Shown here: positions 7,590 through 15,215 of the stretch, piece by piece
Layout of the letters: the number at the start of each line of letters is the position of its first letter
How positions within the stretch are numbered: the stretch's first letter is position 1
Origin: Minisyncoccota bacterium
GTDB lineage: Bacteria; Patescibacteriota; Minisyncoccia; Phycocordibacterales; WO2-35-19
Reading direction: 5' to 3'
Assembly: GCA_036517255.1 (NCBI GenBank)
Contig: DATDXE010000014.1
Span: forward strand, 75,994-114,608
Length of the DNA: 38,615 nt
The notes under the pieces: generated by a model
Seen by the model: only the letters and a program-made list of their open reading frames with translations
What the model was told of the DNA's origin: nothing
The model's database searches: none
Translations under genes and position numbers: made by a program

Positions 7590-9005
7590 ATGAGAAAAGC
7601 TCGAGTTGTATCAATCGATGAGTTCCGGGATCCGGAGCTTGTCGAAGAAGTTGAAACAGAGCCAATTTCAGACGAGCCACCTCTAGAGGAGCTCTTCGAA
7701 ATTGAACAAGAGACTGATCTTGAAGAAGAAGTCTCTACGCTAGATGAACCTGACAATGACATTGTGCGAAAGTACCTTGTCAGCATTGGTGGGTGGAAGA
7801 TCCTGAAAATGGAGGACGAAGCTCGTCTTGGCAAGAGAATACTGAAAGGTGACCTTTCTGCCAGGAATGAACTTGTCGAGCACAACCTCCGTCTTGTCAT
7901 AGCAGTTGCTAAGAAATATACAAGATGGAGCGGTATGGATTTTCTGGACTTGATTCAGGAAGGCAATGTCGGCCTGATGAAAGGTGCAAAGAAGTTCGAC
8001 TATCGTAAAGGGTTTAAGTTCTCGACCTGCGCCATGTGGTGGATCCGTCAGCAAATCACGAGGGCCATTGCCGACAAGTCGCGGACCATTCGAGTTCCCG
8101 TACACATGAATGGAGTCTTGAGTAATGTCCGCAAGGCAATCCGTAAAATTGCTGCCGGTGAATCCATTGACCAACTCCTTGTTTCCCCAGAAGCTATCAT
8201 GGCTGAAACGGGAAAGTCCAGACAAGAAATTCTCAGGGCTTTGGATATCATGAAGAGATGTGATGTTTACTCTCTCGAACATCCAGTAGGTTATTCGAAA
8301 GGAGTCTCTTTTGAGGATTCTAATTTGGGTGATCTTGTCAAGGACGACAAACCCGATGCCGTGCTTGTTTCTCAAGCCGCGAAGGAGTTGAGGAATCTCG
8401 TTTGTGACCATTCGAACTTCCTCTCTAGCTTGAGGAAAATCGTGAGTAAAAAGGTTTTCATAGCCTTTTGCTTGCGATACGGCATGAACGATGGCTCGCT
8501 CGAGCACAAGATCCTAGAAGAAATAGGCGACCTCTTGAATTTCACCCGTGAGATGGCACGCCAGTCGATCGAAAGTGTTTGGTTTAAACACGGTCCCTCT
8601 TGTGGGTATGTTCGAATCGAATTCGAGGAGGAGCTTGCTAGACGATCTGCGCTTATGGAAATACTTTTAGGTTACGGTTTTCAAACTCCTAAACCAAAAG
8701 TGTTTTTCAAGACTCTTGATCTAGTGCTGAAGTTGATCGTTAGGCGTACCCGCCTCACTTTTAATTTCACCCTTCAAGAATTCGTCACGCTTTATGCATC
8801 ATCCCCCGCCAAACAAGCAGCAGTTTTTGCTATGAGGCAGAGGGGCGTCGATTTCAATGAGATCTGCGCAGTCTGCATGATTTCCAAGGAACAAGCACAA
8901 GCAGCATTCATGATGGCCGACATGGAGCAGGAAAAGAATCCGAATTTCAGGGAAAAGCTCCAGTCCATAGCAAGGCCTATTGGTGCCGATATGTCTAGAT
9001 CGTGA
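7590..9005 (+). CDS. rpoD: Sigma-70 family (primary-like) RNA polymerase sigma factor with an extra C-terminal HTH domain
   Basis: The N-terminus is acidic. Region 1.2/2 reads DIVRKYL...NLRLVIAVAKKYTRWSGMDFLDLIQEGNVGLMKGAKKFDYRKGFKFSTCAMWWIRQQITRAIAD. Region 3 contains RTIRVPVHM. Region 4.2-like sequence is ILEEIGDLLNFTREMARQSIESV. An AGGAGG RBS precedes the ATG. About 130 extra C-terminal residues follow. Confidence 0.85.
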   Translation: MRKARVVSIDEFRDPELVEEVETEPISDEPPLEELFEIEQETDLEEEVSTLDEPDNDIVRKYLVSIGGWKILKMEDEARLGKRILKGDLSARNELVEHNLRLVIAVAKKYTRWSGMDFLDLIQEGNVGLMKGAKKFDYRKGFKFSTCAMWWIRQQITRAIADKSRTIRVPVHMNGVLSNVRKAIRKIAAGESIDQLLVSPEAIMAETGKSRQEILRALDIMKRCDVYSLEHPVGYSKGVSFEDSNLGDLVKDDKPDAVLVSQAAKELRNLVCDHSNFLSSLRKIVSKKVFIAFCLRYGMNDGSLEHKILEEIGDLLNFTREMARQSIESVWFKHGPSCGYVRIEFEEELARRSALMEILLGYGFQTPKPKVFFKTLDLVLKLIVRRTRLTFNFTLQEFVTLYASSPAKQAAVFAMRQRGVDFNEICAVCMISKEQAQAAFMMADMEQEKNPNFREKLQSIARPIGADMSRS

Positions 9006-9007
9006 GG

Positions 9008-9041
9008 GGGCATTTGCATGTTTGTGTGCGAATGCCCTTTT
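9008..9041 (+). terminator. Terminator hairpin after the sigma gene
   Basis: gggcatttgca (9008-9018) pairs with tgcgaatgccc (9027-9037), with one wobble pair. TTTT follows. Confidence 0.6.
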
Positions 9042-9070
9042 GATTTATGAATGCAGTTAGTGTGTTTTGA

Positions 9071-9098
9071 TTGACTTTATTTTAAATAAATTTATACT
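9071..9098 (+). promoter_or_regulatory. Putative sigma-70 promoter for the 9130 gene
   Basis: TTGACT (9071-9076), a 16-nt spacer, then TATACT (9093-9098). Confidence 0.45.
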
Positions 9099-9129
9099 TC
9101 TGCTGGGTTTGTAAATTGAAGGAGGCCTT

Positions 9130-9903
9130 GTGGCGCAAGATTTTTTGGCTACTACCGCAGAGGCTTGGTGGAAAAGGAAGGCAGAGGGATTTACTGGTGG
9201 GATGATCTCTGCCAGTGCCGCTTCTGCCCTTGCAAGAGAGTTAGCGAATAAAATTGACTGCGACGTTCCTACGGCTCTGCTTTATGCGGCGTCGTCGGGG
9301 GTCATAGGCGAATCTCTTGAATCACCACCACTCGGCGCGGGAGGGGTAAAACCCGAAGCGTCGAAACCGAAACCGGAGCCGCTACCGGTTCCACAACCAG
9401 GGAGTGATTCCCCGGAAGAAGATCCAGACTTCGAAGAAGAAGATGATGATCAGGGGATCCCTGATCCAGAAGGAGAGAATCCGATGCCGACACATCCCGA
9501 CGCTGGCCTAAGCGTCAAAGATTTCATCAGGAAGTATTCAGCCGAGTGTGATGGGGGTGACGTTAATCTGCTCCTGGAAAAGAGCACGAAGCTCGGCCGC
9601 AATACAAGCAAGCCGAGCATGGCTTCGGCCAAGTCACTGCTCAAGAAGGAGGGATTCAAATTCTCCTCCAAGTCCAAAGACTCGCCTCCGCCTCCACCAC
9701 CCGAATCTCCCAAAGTTCCGGGGGGAAGGGGCCGTGCTTCTGGCAAAGCTGGGAAAAAAGGTGGGTCGGAGGAATCTATCGACACTCTGATCGCCCGGCT
9801 CCAGGGGGACATCGTCGCCCTGCAGTCCAAGCTCAACGCCACAGAAGCTGATCTTCTTGCCGCTAAGAGAACCAAAGATCTCATCGGCAGTAAGCTCGGT
9901 TGA
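9130..9903 (+). CDS. Low-complexity acidic/proline-rich hypothetical protein with a C-terminal coiled coil
   Basis: A GTG start follows GAAGGAGG. Low-complexity tracts include PKPEPLPVPQP, EEDPDFEEEDDDQG and PPPPPPESP. The C-terminus reads IDTLIARLQGDIVALQSKLNATEADLLAAK. No homolog was recognised. Confidence 0.5.
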   Translation: MAQDFLATTAEAWWKRKAEGFTGGMISASAASALARELANKIDCDVPTALLYAASSGVIGESLESPPLGAGGVKPEASKPKPEPLPVPQPGSDSPEEDPDFEEEDDDQGIPDPEGENPMPTHPDAGLSVKDFIRKYSAECDGGDVNLLLEKSTKLGRNTSKPSMASAKSLLKKEGFKFSSKSKDSPPPPPPESPKVPGGRGRASGKAGKKGGSEESIDTLIARLQGDIVALQSKLNATEADLLAAKRTKDLIGSKLG

Positions 9904-9931
9904 GGCAAGTAGTTCGTCCCCACGCCCGTCC

Positions 9932-9969
9932 GCAACATAAAGCCCGTTGCGAGACGGGCTTTATGTTGC
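9932..9969 (+). terminator. Perfect 16-bp hairpin after the 9130 gene, with no U-tract
   Basis: gcaacataaagcccgt (9932-9947) pairs with acgggctttatgttgc (9954-9969). The loop is tgcgag. Confidence 0.5.
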
Positions 9970-10054
9970 AGGCATGGTTGACACGTAACAATTTTAATGT
10001 TAGCTTCACGCACAGATTGTTCCAAGCTGTAAAATAAAACCAAGGAGCGGAAGC

Positions 10055-10729
10055 ATGAAGAAAAGTAAAATCCTACTTCCGTATCCCACGGGAGTAACAC
10101 TCATTGTCGTACCAGTTTTCTATCTATTCAGTGACAGGGAGCTTCGGCACCCTTCCACTGTTTGGCTGAATCTTTACCAACTCTACTCCCTCTGTTCTAT
10201 GAAGGGGGATGAAGACGCTTCCATGCTGAAGGAGTTCATTGACCCGGCCGACATTTCTCAGGTCCTTACTTATCTTCCCGTGTTAGCCCAAACGGAAGAA
10301 AAGTACCTGCAGTACGAACAGTACATCCGGTCTCAGGGCTTCGTCCATTCTCGCAGAATTCAACATGAATTTGCGTTGCACACGTGGTGCGCTGGTTTGC
10401 CAGATCATGAGGCAGAAAAAGCACCTGTGGTGCTGAGCGATAACGATAAACCTAGCAACATTTTCGCAAAGAACGTCTGCAAGATTTTTTCCATGACGTT
10501 GCAGGAGTTCTTTGAAGCCCCATCTACCTCTCCTGGTAAGCAAGCCCTCGTCCTTGCCATGCGACGTAAGGGTATTGATTTCAAACAGATCTGCGCCATC
10601 TGTCTCATCTCTAGACAGCAGGCCCAGATAGCTGCCATGCAAGCTGACATCGAGCAAAGCAAGAATCCAAAGTTCAAAGAGAAGCTCGAGCGACTGGAAC
10701 AGCTCTTGGGGGAACACCCCACAACTTGA
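10055..10729 (+). CDS. Hypothetical protein with a C-terminal sigma-region-4/LuxR-like HTH, paralogous to the sigma C-terminal extension
   Basis: An AAGGAGCGG RBS is present. By eye, C-terminal residues 147-212 (MTLQEFFEAPSTSPGKQALVLAMRRKGIDFKQICAICLISRQQAQIAAMQADIEQSKNPKFKEKLE) are ~60% identical to sigma residues 393-458. Confidence 0.6.
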   Translation: MKKSKILLPYPTGVTLIVVPVFYLFSDRELRHPSTVWLNLYQLYSLCSMKGDEDASMLKEFIDPADISQVLTYLPVLAQTEEKYLQYEQYIRSQGFVHSRRIQHEFALHTWCAGLPDHEAEKAPVVLSDNDKPSNIFAKNVCKIFSMTLQEFFEAPSTSPGKQALVLAMRRKGIDFKQICAICLISRQQAQIAAMQADIEQSKNPKFKEKLERLEQLLGEHPTT

Positions 10730-10784
10730 GGGCTTACTGATGCACCCTGTGTGTCGGTAGGTCCTTTTTGGTTTTGGGTTTTAA

Positions 10785-10818
10785 CCCTCTCCTTTGCAAG
10801 GAGAGGGTTGGGTGAGGT
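10785..10818 (+). repeat. Family A palindromic element, copy A1 (intergenic)
   Basis: The sequence is ccctctcctttgcaaggagagggttgggtgaggt. It has 10-bp arms, a 3-nt loop and a G-rich tail. Near-identical copies lie at 13894-13931 and 16047-16081. Confidence 0.85.
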
Positions 10819-10830
10819 AGAGTATTGTTT

Positions 10831-12105
10831 ATGAATTATCAAAAGAAAGTTTTAGAAAATGGTATGAGGATCGTCGTGGTACCAGTGCCGGGTGCGCCTT
10901 CGCTCACTGTCGCCGCTATGGTTGAGGCTGGTTCAAAGTATGAAAGTAGGAAGGAGAATGGCATCTCCCATTTCCTAGAGCATATGTTTTTCAAAGGCAC
11001 TAAAAATAGGCCGACTACTCTTGCTATCACCAAGGAATTCGATGGCTTAGGAGCGGAAAACAATGCCTCTACTAGTCAAGAATCGACCTACTACTATGCC
11101 AAGTCGCACCCAAAACATTTTGATCAAATGCTCGATGTTATTTCCGACATCTATCAAAACTCCTCTCTACCAGGAGCTGAAATCGAAAAAGAAAAAGGGG
11201 TAGTGATCGAGGAAATGAATATGTATAAAGATTTACCTCAGGAAATTGTCGGCGAAATTTTTCAAGAACTCTTGTACGGTGATACTCCAGCTGGTCGAGA
11301 AATATTGGGTACTGAAGAAAACGTAAAATCTTTCACCCGTGAAAATATTTCAGATTATATGCAAAAACATTATGTCGCTTCTGCTACTACTGTGGTAGTC
11401 GCAGGCGATATTTCTCCAGCAACTGCTTTTGAAAAAGTGACAAAGGCTTTTGAGAATATAAAAATAGGCGAAAAGATAGAAAAAGAAAAGGTAATCGAAA
11501 AACAAGCAGAGCCAAGAGTGAAACTAAAATTCAAAGAGACGGATCAGTCACATATTATTATTGGTGTAAGGGCTTTCGATATGTACAATCCTCGTTCCCG
11601 AACTTTAAATCTGCTCGGGGTCGTTCTCGGCCAAGGTATGAGCTCTAGGCTTTTTCAAAAAATGCGGGAAGAACTTGGCATTTGCTACTACATCGGAGCG
11701 GGTGCTCGTAAACTGACCGATCATGGATTTTTTGCTATCTCTGCTGGAGTAGATAAAAAGCGTATCGAAGAAGCGGTGAAGGAAATCCTGAAGGAAATGA
11801 AAAAGATTAGGGATGAGGAGGTGGGAGAGGAGGAATTGCGCAAGGCCAAGGATTATATGCTGGGCCATTTGTATCTTGGCCTCGAGTCCTCCGATTCTTT
11901 AGCAGAGTTTTATGGTTTTCAAGAGTTATTTAAAAAAGAGATAAAAACTCCGAAGGATATCGAGGAGGAAGTGGAAAAAATAACGGCGCAAGATTTGCAA
12001 AAAGTAGCTAGGGATATCATGAGGAACGAGGGCCTCAACATGGCGGTAGTCGGTAATTATGGAGAAAAGGATTTAGAAAATTTTATTAAAATACTGACAT
12101 TGTGA
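10831..12105 (+). CDS. M16 family (pitrilysin/insulinase-like) zinc peptidase
   Basis: HFLEHMFFKGT carries the HxxEH zinc motif, and the length is typical for a two-domain M16 protein. ATG 10831 is preferred over the TTG at 10825 given in the ORF track. Confidence 0.85.
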   Translation: MNYQKKVLENGMRIVVVPVPGAPSLTVAAMVEAGSKYESRKENGISHFLEHMFFKGTKNRPTTLAITKEFDGLGAENNASTSQESTYYYAKSHPKHFDQMLDVISDIYQNSSLPGAEIEKEKGVVIEEMNMYKDLPQEIVGEIFQELLYGDTPAGREILGTEENVKSFTRENISDYMQKHYVASATTVVVAGDISPATAFEKVTKAFENIKIGEKIEKEKVIEKQAEPRVKLKFKETDQSHIIIGVRAFDMYNPRSRTLNLLGVVLGQGMSSRLFQKMREELGICYYIGAGARKLTDHGFFAISAGVDKKRIEEAVKEILKEMKKIRDEEVGEEELRKAKDYMLGHLYLGLESSDSLAEFYGFQELFKKEIKTPKDIEEEVEKITAQDLQKVARDIMRNEGLNMAVVGNYGEKDLENFIKILTL

Positions 12106-12117
12106 TATAATCTATTC

Positions 12118-13170
12118 ATGGCTGTTTCTTCTCCCAAAATGACGAACATTGCTACGAGCACCATGTTTAGGGCTGTGCTGGTACTTCTTTTCTTTGGAGC
12201 TCTCTTCTACTTACGTGACATTGTGCTTGTGGTTATTCTCTCTATCGTGGTCGCTTCGGCTATCGAGCCGGGTACTCGCTTCTTGTCACGGCGTAATGTG
12301 CCGAGGCTTCTCTCTGTCATCTTGATGTATCTCCTCCTTATCGCTTTGCTTGCTGGCGTTTTTTACTTCCTTTTCTTACCGATTCTAAGCGAAACCTTAG
12401 GTTTTCTCTCTAGTTTACCTGGCTACTTGGGCGATCTTAAAGTGTGGAATCCACTTGAATCTTCTGGTTTTCTTGCTGACAGTCCTCTCCAAGAAATTAC
12501 TAAAAGTTTTTCTCTGGTTGATATCGTCAGTCAGCTCGATACCGTTATCAATAAATTTTCTGGTGGCTTCTTCTCTACCGCCAGCGCTATTTTTGGTGGC
12601 ATCTTTTCTTTCGTTCTGGTCATTGTTCTTTCCTTTTATTTATCGGTTGAGGAAGATGGTGTCGCTAGTTTTCTCAAAATTGTCATTCCTAAAAAGCAGG
12701 AGGCCTATATCATCGATTTGTGGCGCCGCTCTCAGCATAAAATAGGTTTATGGATGCAAGGTCAGCTGGTGCTAGCAGTCATTGTCGCTGTATTAGTTTT
12801 CCTTGGCCTCACCTTGCTTCGAGTGGAAAACGCCTTGCTTCTTGCTGTCGTGGCGGGATTGTTTGAAATAATTCCTGTATTTGGTCCTATTCTTGCTGCC
12901 ATTCCTGCTGTCGCTATATCGATAGTGAGCGGTGGCATCGCTCCAGCTCTCCTTGTCATTGGTCTTTATGTCATCATCCAACAGTTTGAAAACCAACTTA
13001 TTTATCCTCTGGTGGTCAAAAAAGTCATAGGCGTGCCGCCTATTGTTTCCATCCTGGCCATTATTATAGGTGGCAAGCTGGCCGGTTTTATGGGTGTTAT
13101 TATTTCAGTTCCTATCGCCGCCGCTCTTATGGAATTCCTTTCTGATGTCGAAAAAAGTAAAAGTGCCTAA
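12118..13170 (+). CDS. AI-2E family transporter (PerM/UPF0118) permease
   Basis: The protein is polytopic with roughly 8 TM segments. The layout is typical, with LFEIIPVFGPILAAIPAV and a C-terminal GVPP...IIGGKLAGFMGV block. Confidence 0.75.
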   Translation: MAVSSPKMTNIATSTMFRAVLVLLFFGALFYLRDIVLVVILSIVVASAIEPGTRFLSRRNVPRLLSVILMYLLLIALLAGVFYFLFLPILSETLGFLSSLPGYLGDLKVWNPLESSGFLADSPLQEITKSFSLVDIVSQLDTVINKFSGGFFSTASAIFGGIFSFVLVIVLSFYLSVEEDGVASFLKIVIPKKQEAYIIDLWRRSQHKIGLWMQGQLVLAVIVAVLVFLGLTLLRVENALLLAVVAGLFEIIPVFGPILAAIPAVAISIVSGGIAPALLVIGLYVIIQQFENQLIYPLVVKKVIGVPPIVSILAIIIGGKLAGFMGVIISVPIAAALMEFLSDVEKSKSA

Positions 13171-14626
13171 ACCATTTTACATCACTACTACTCTGCCTTA
13201 TGTAAATGCTGATCCGCATGTTGGTTTTGCCGCTGAAATTATTCGAGCTGATGCCGTTGCTAGATACAGGAAGCTTGTAGGACAGGAAATATTTTTTAAC
13301 ACAGGTACCGATGAACATGGTCAGAAAGTTTGGACTGAAGCTGGGAAACAAAACAAAAATCCTCAAGAATATGTCGACGAATATGCTCAAAAATTTATCG
13401 ACTTGCTTCGAGTTCTCGATATTTCCGAAGAAGTACACTTTACTCGTACCACGAGTGAAGCTCACAAAAAAGCTGCTCAATATTTTTGGAAAGTATGTGC
13501 TGATAAAGGTGATATTTATAAAAAAGAATATAAAATAAAATACTGTGTTGGTTGTGAGCTTGAGAAGCAAGATTCTGATTTGGATGAAGGGGATAAGTGT
13601 TTAGTCCACCCACACTTGGAACTAGAAATCCGTGAAGAGGAAAATTATTTCTTTAAATTTTCAAACTATCAGAAGCCTCTTTTAGAGTTATATGAAAAGA
13701 ATCCGAACTTAGTCATTCCCGATTTTCGTTTTAATGAAATAAAAAAGTTTGTCGAAATGGGTCTGCATGATTTTTCTATCTCTCGTCTCAAGTCAAAAAT
13801 GCCATGGGGAGTGGAAGTTCCAGGTGACTCTGATCATGTTATGTATGTTTGGTTCGACGCCCTCGTAAATTACATTTCTTGTTTGGGGTGGCCCCCCTCT
13901 CCTTTACAAGGAGAGGGGTCGGGGGTGAGGTCATTCCAAAAATTTTGGCAGGAAGGAGAAACAGTTCAATACTGTGGTAAAGATAATTTACGCCAACAGT
14001 CCGCCATGTGGCAGGCCATGCTTTTGAGTGTTGGCCTCAAAAACACCGATCACATTGTCATCAATGGTTTTATAAATTCTGGTGGCCAAAAAATGAGTAA
14101 ATCTCTCGGCAATGTCATTTCTCCATTTGATCTGGTTTCTGAATACAGCACTGATGCTCTTCGTTATTATTCTCTTCGTGAACTCTCAAATTTTGAGGAT
14201 TCCGATATGACCATCGAAAAGTTTAAAGAAGCTTATAATGCTAATTTAGCCAATGGTTTGGGTAACTTGGCTTCTAGGGTTCTTACTCTTTCTCAAAAAT
14301 ATTTGGATAAATGTCCGGAAATTCCGGAGGAGTCCGATTTTGTCGAATACTTCAAATTCTACGAGAATTTTGATTTAAATGGAGCCACTAATTATGTTTG
14401 GAATGAAATAGGTAAACTAGATAAATTTATTCAAGAAACTGAGCCATTTAAAGTAGTGAAAGTGGATGAGGTGAAGGGCAGGGAACTTATCTCTAAAATG
14501 GTGCAGGATCTTTATACTATTGCTAGGATGCTAAATCCTATAATGCCAGCGACCAATGTTTTGCTCAAAAAATTAATCAAAGAAAACAAAGCTCCCGAAA
14601 CTCCGCTCTTTCCTAGGAAAAACTAG
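13145..14626 (+). CDS. metG: Methionyl-tRNA synthetase
   Basis: PYVNADPHVGF (HIGH region), KMSKSLGN (KMSKS), ISRLKSKMPWGVEVP and WFDALVNY are present. The ATG at 13145 (MSKKVKVPKPFYITT) is preferred, and it overlaps the permease stop by 26 nt. Confidence 0.93.
   Translation: MSKKVKVPKPFYITTTLPYVNADPHVGFAAEIIRADAVARYRKLVGQEIFFNTGTDEHGQKVWTEAGKQNKNPQEYVDEYAQKFIDLLRVLDISEEVHFTRTTSEAHKKAAQYFWKVCADKGDIYKKEYKIKYCVGCELEKQDSDLDEGDKCLVHPHLELEIREEENYFFKFSNYQKPLLELYEKNPNLVIPDFRFNEIKKFVEMGLHDFSISRLKSKMPWGVEVPGDSDHVMYVWFDALVNYISCLGWPPSPLQGEGSGVRSFQKFWQEGETVQYCGKDNLRQQSAMWQAMLLSVGLKNTDHIVINGFINSGGQKMSKSLGNVISPFDLVSEYSTDALRYYSLRELSNFEDSDMTIEKFKEAYNANLANGLGNLASRVLTLSQKYLDKCPEIPEESDFVEYFKFYENFDLNGATNYVWNEIGKLDKFIQETEPFKVVKVDEVKGRELISKMVQDLYTIARMLNPIMPATNVLLKKLIKENKAPETPLFPRKN
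13894..13931 (+). repeat. Family A palindromic element, copy A2, in-frame inside metG (encodes PSPLQGEGSGVRS)
   Basis: The sequence is cccctctcctttacaaggagaggggtcgggggtgaggt, with 11-bp arms and a 3-nt loop. Confidence 0.85.
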
Positions 14627-14659
14627 GTAACTCCTAATATTAGGGTCTTTTTAGAATAC

Positions 14660-14688
14660 TTGCTTTTCTATGGTATATATGCTACAAT
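14660..14688 (+). promoter_or_regulatory. Putative sigma-70 promoter
   Basis: TTGCTT (14660-14665), a 17-nt spacer, then TACAAT (14683-14688). An AGGAGG RBS and the ATG at 14706 follow. Confidence 0.45.
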
Positions 14689-14705
14689 GTATACTAGGAG
14701 GCTGT

Positions 14706-15056
14706 ATGAGACTAGTGGTGTTTGCTCTGATTTTGATGGCAGGAGCCGGAGGCTTCTACCTTTACCAAAATCGCGAGGAGGTGTATGGTCAGTCGTCCGA
14801 CCTGCCTCGCGGTTGTGTCGGGGAGATAGAAAACCCCGATAAGACATTGCTTTGTGACGAGGCCCACAAGGTCTCGATGCGGGTAACGGACGGTGCGTGC
14901 CACAAGGTGCGACTGCACGTCGCAAAGCACGCTGAAATCTACACTCGTGTCCCCGGCGCTGTGGAGATGGTGCGCGTTGTCAAAGGTGATGGCACTCAGG
15001 TTTGTGCGCGAGGGCCTCATCCGATCATAGAAGTTTGGGCCAAAGCGATTCCATAG
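14706..15056 (+). CDS. Small Cys-containing secreted or membrane-anchored hypothetical protein
   Basis: The AGGAGG RBS lies 4 nt upstream of the ATG. The N-terminal hydrophobic segment is MRLVVFALILMAGAGGFYLY. There are 5 Cys residues, and the sequence looks G+C-richer than its neighbours. Confidence 0.5.
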   Translation: MRLVVFALILMAGAGGFYLYQNREEVYGQSSDLPRGCVGEIENPDKTLLCDEAHKVSMRVTDGACHKVRLHVAKHAEIYTRVPGAVEMVRVVKGDGTQVCARGPHPIIEVWAKAIP

Positions 15057-15081
15057 CGCTAGCGCCATCCAGTAACTGCTT

Positions 15082-15111
15082 CCCCCTGAGCTCTTGGTTG
15101 AGCTTGGGGGG
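15082..15111 (+). terminator. Rho-independent terminator
   Basis: A 12-bp stem pairs ccccctgagctc with gagcttgggggg, including 2 wobble pairs. The loop is ttggtt. T-rich sequence follows. Confidence 0.65.
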
Positions 15112-15138
15112 ACTTTCTTTTTATCTGATATTTAAGGA

Positions 15139-15167
15139 TTGATTTTAAATATAGAAAGTGGCATATT
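15139..15167 (+). promoter_or_regulatory. Putative sigma-70 promoter
   Basis: TTGATT (15139-15144), a 17-nt spacer ending in TGG, then CATATT (15162-15167). Confidence 0.35.
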
Positions 15168-15215
15168 GTTCCCAGGTGCTCTTTTGCACTAGTCTAGTTT
15201 TGGAGGTCCTCCCCC

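Noticed and set aside
7740-8507. A 255-aa ORF on the minus strand, antisense to the sigma factor gene.
   Set aside because: It lies entirely inside a gene with unmistakable sigma-70 motifs on the plus strand. Its translation is low-complexity with no motif. Long antisense ORFs are expected in G+C-richer coding sequence.
9450-10100. A 216-aa minus-strand ORF overlapping the 9130-9903 gene and the hairpin region.
   Set aside because: It has no RBS or start context. It runs across a perfect hairpin and a promoter-like region. The plus-strand gene has GAAGGAGG plus a start codon and a terminator. This is still the weakest rejection here, because the plus-strand product is itself low-complexity.
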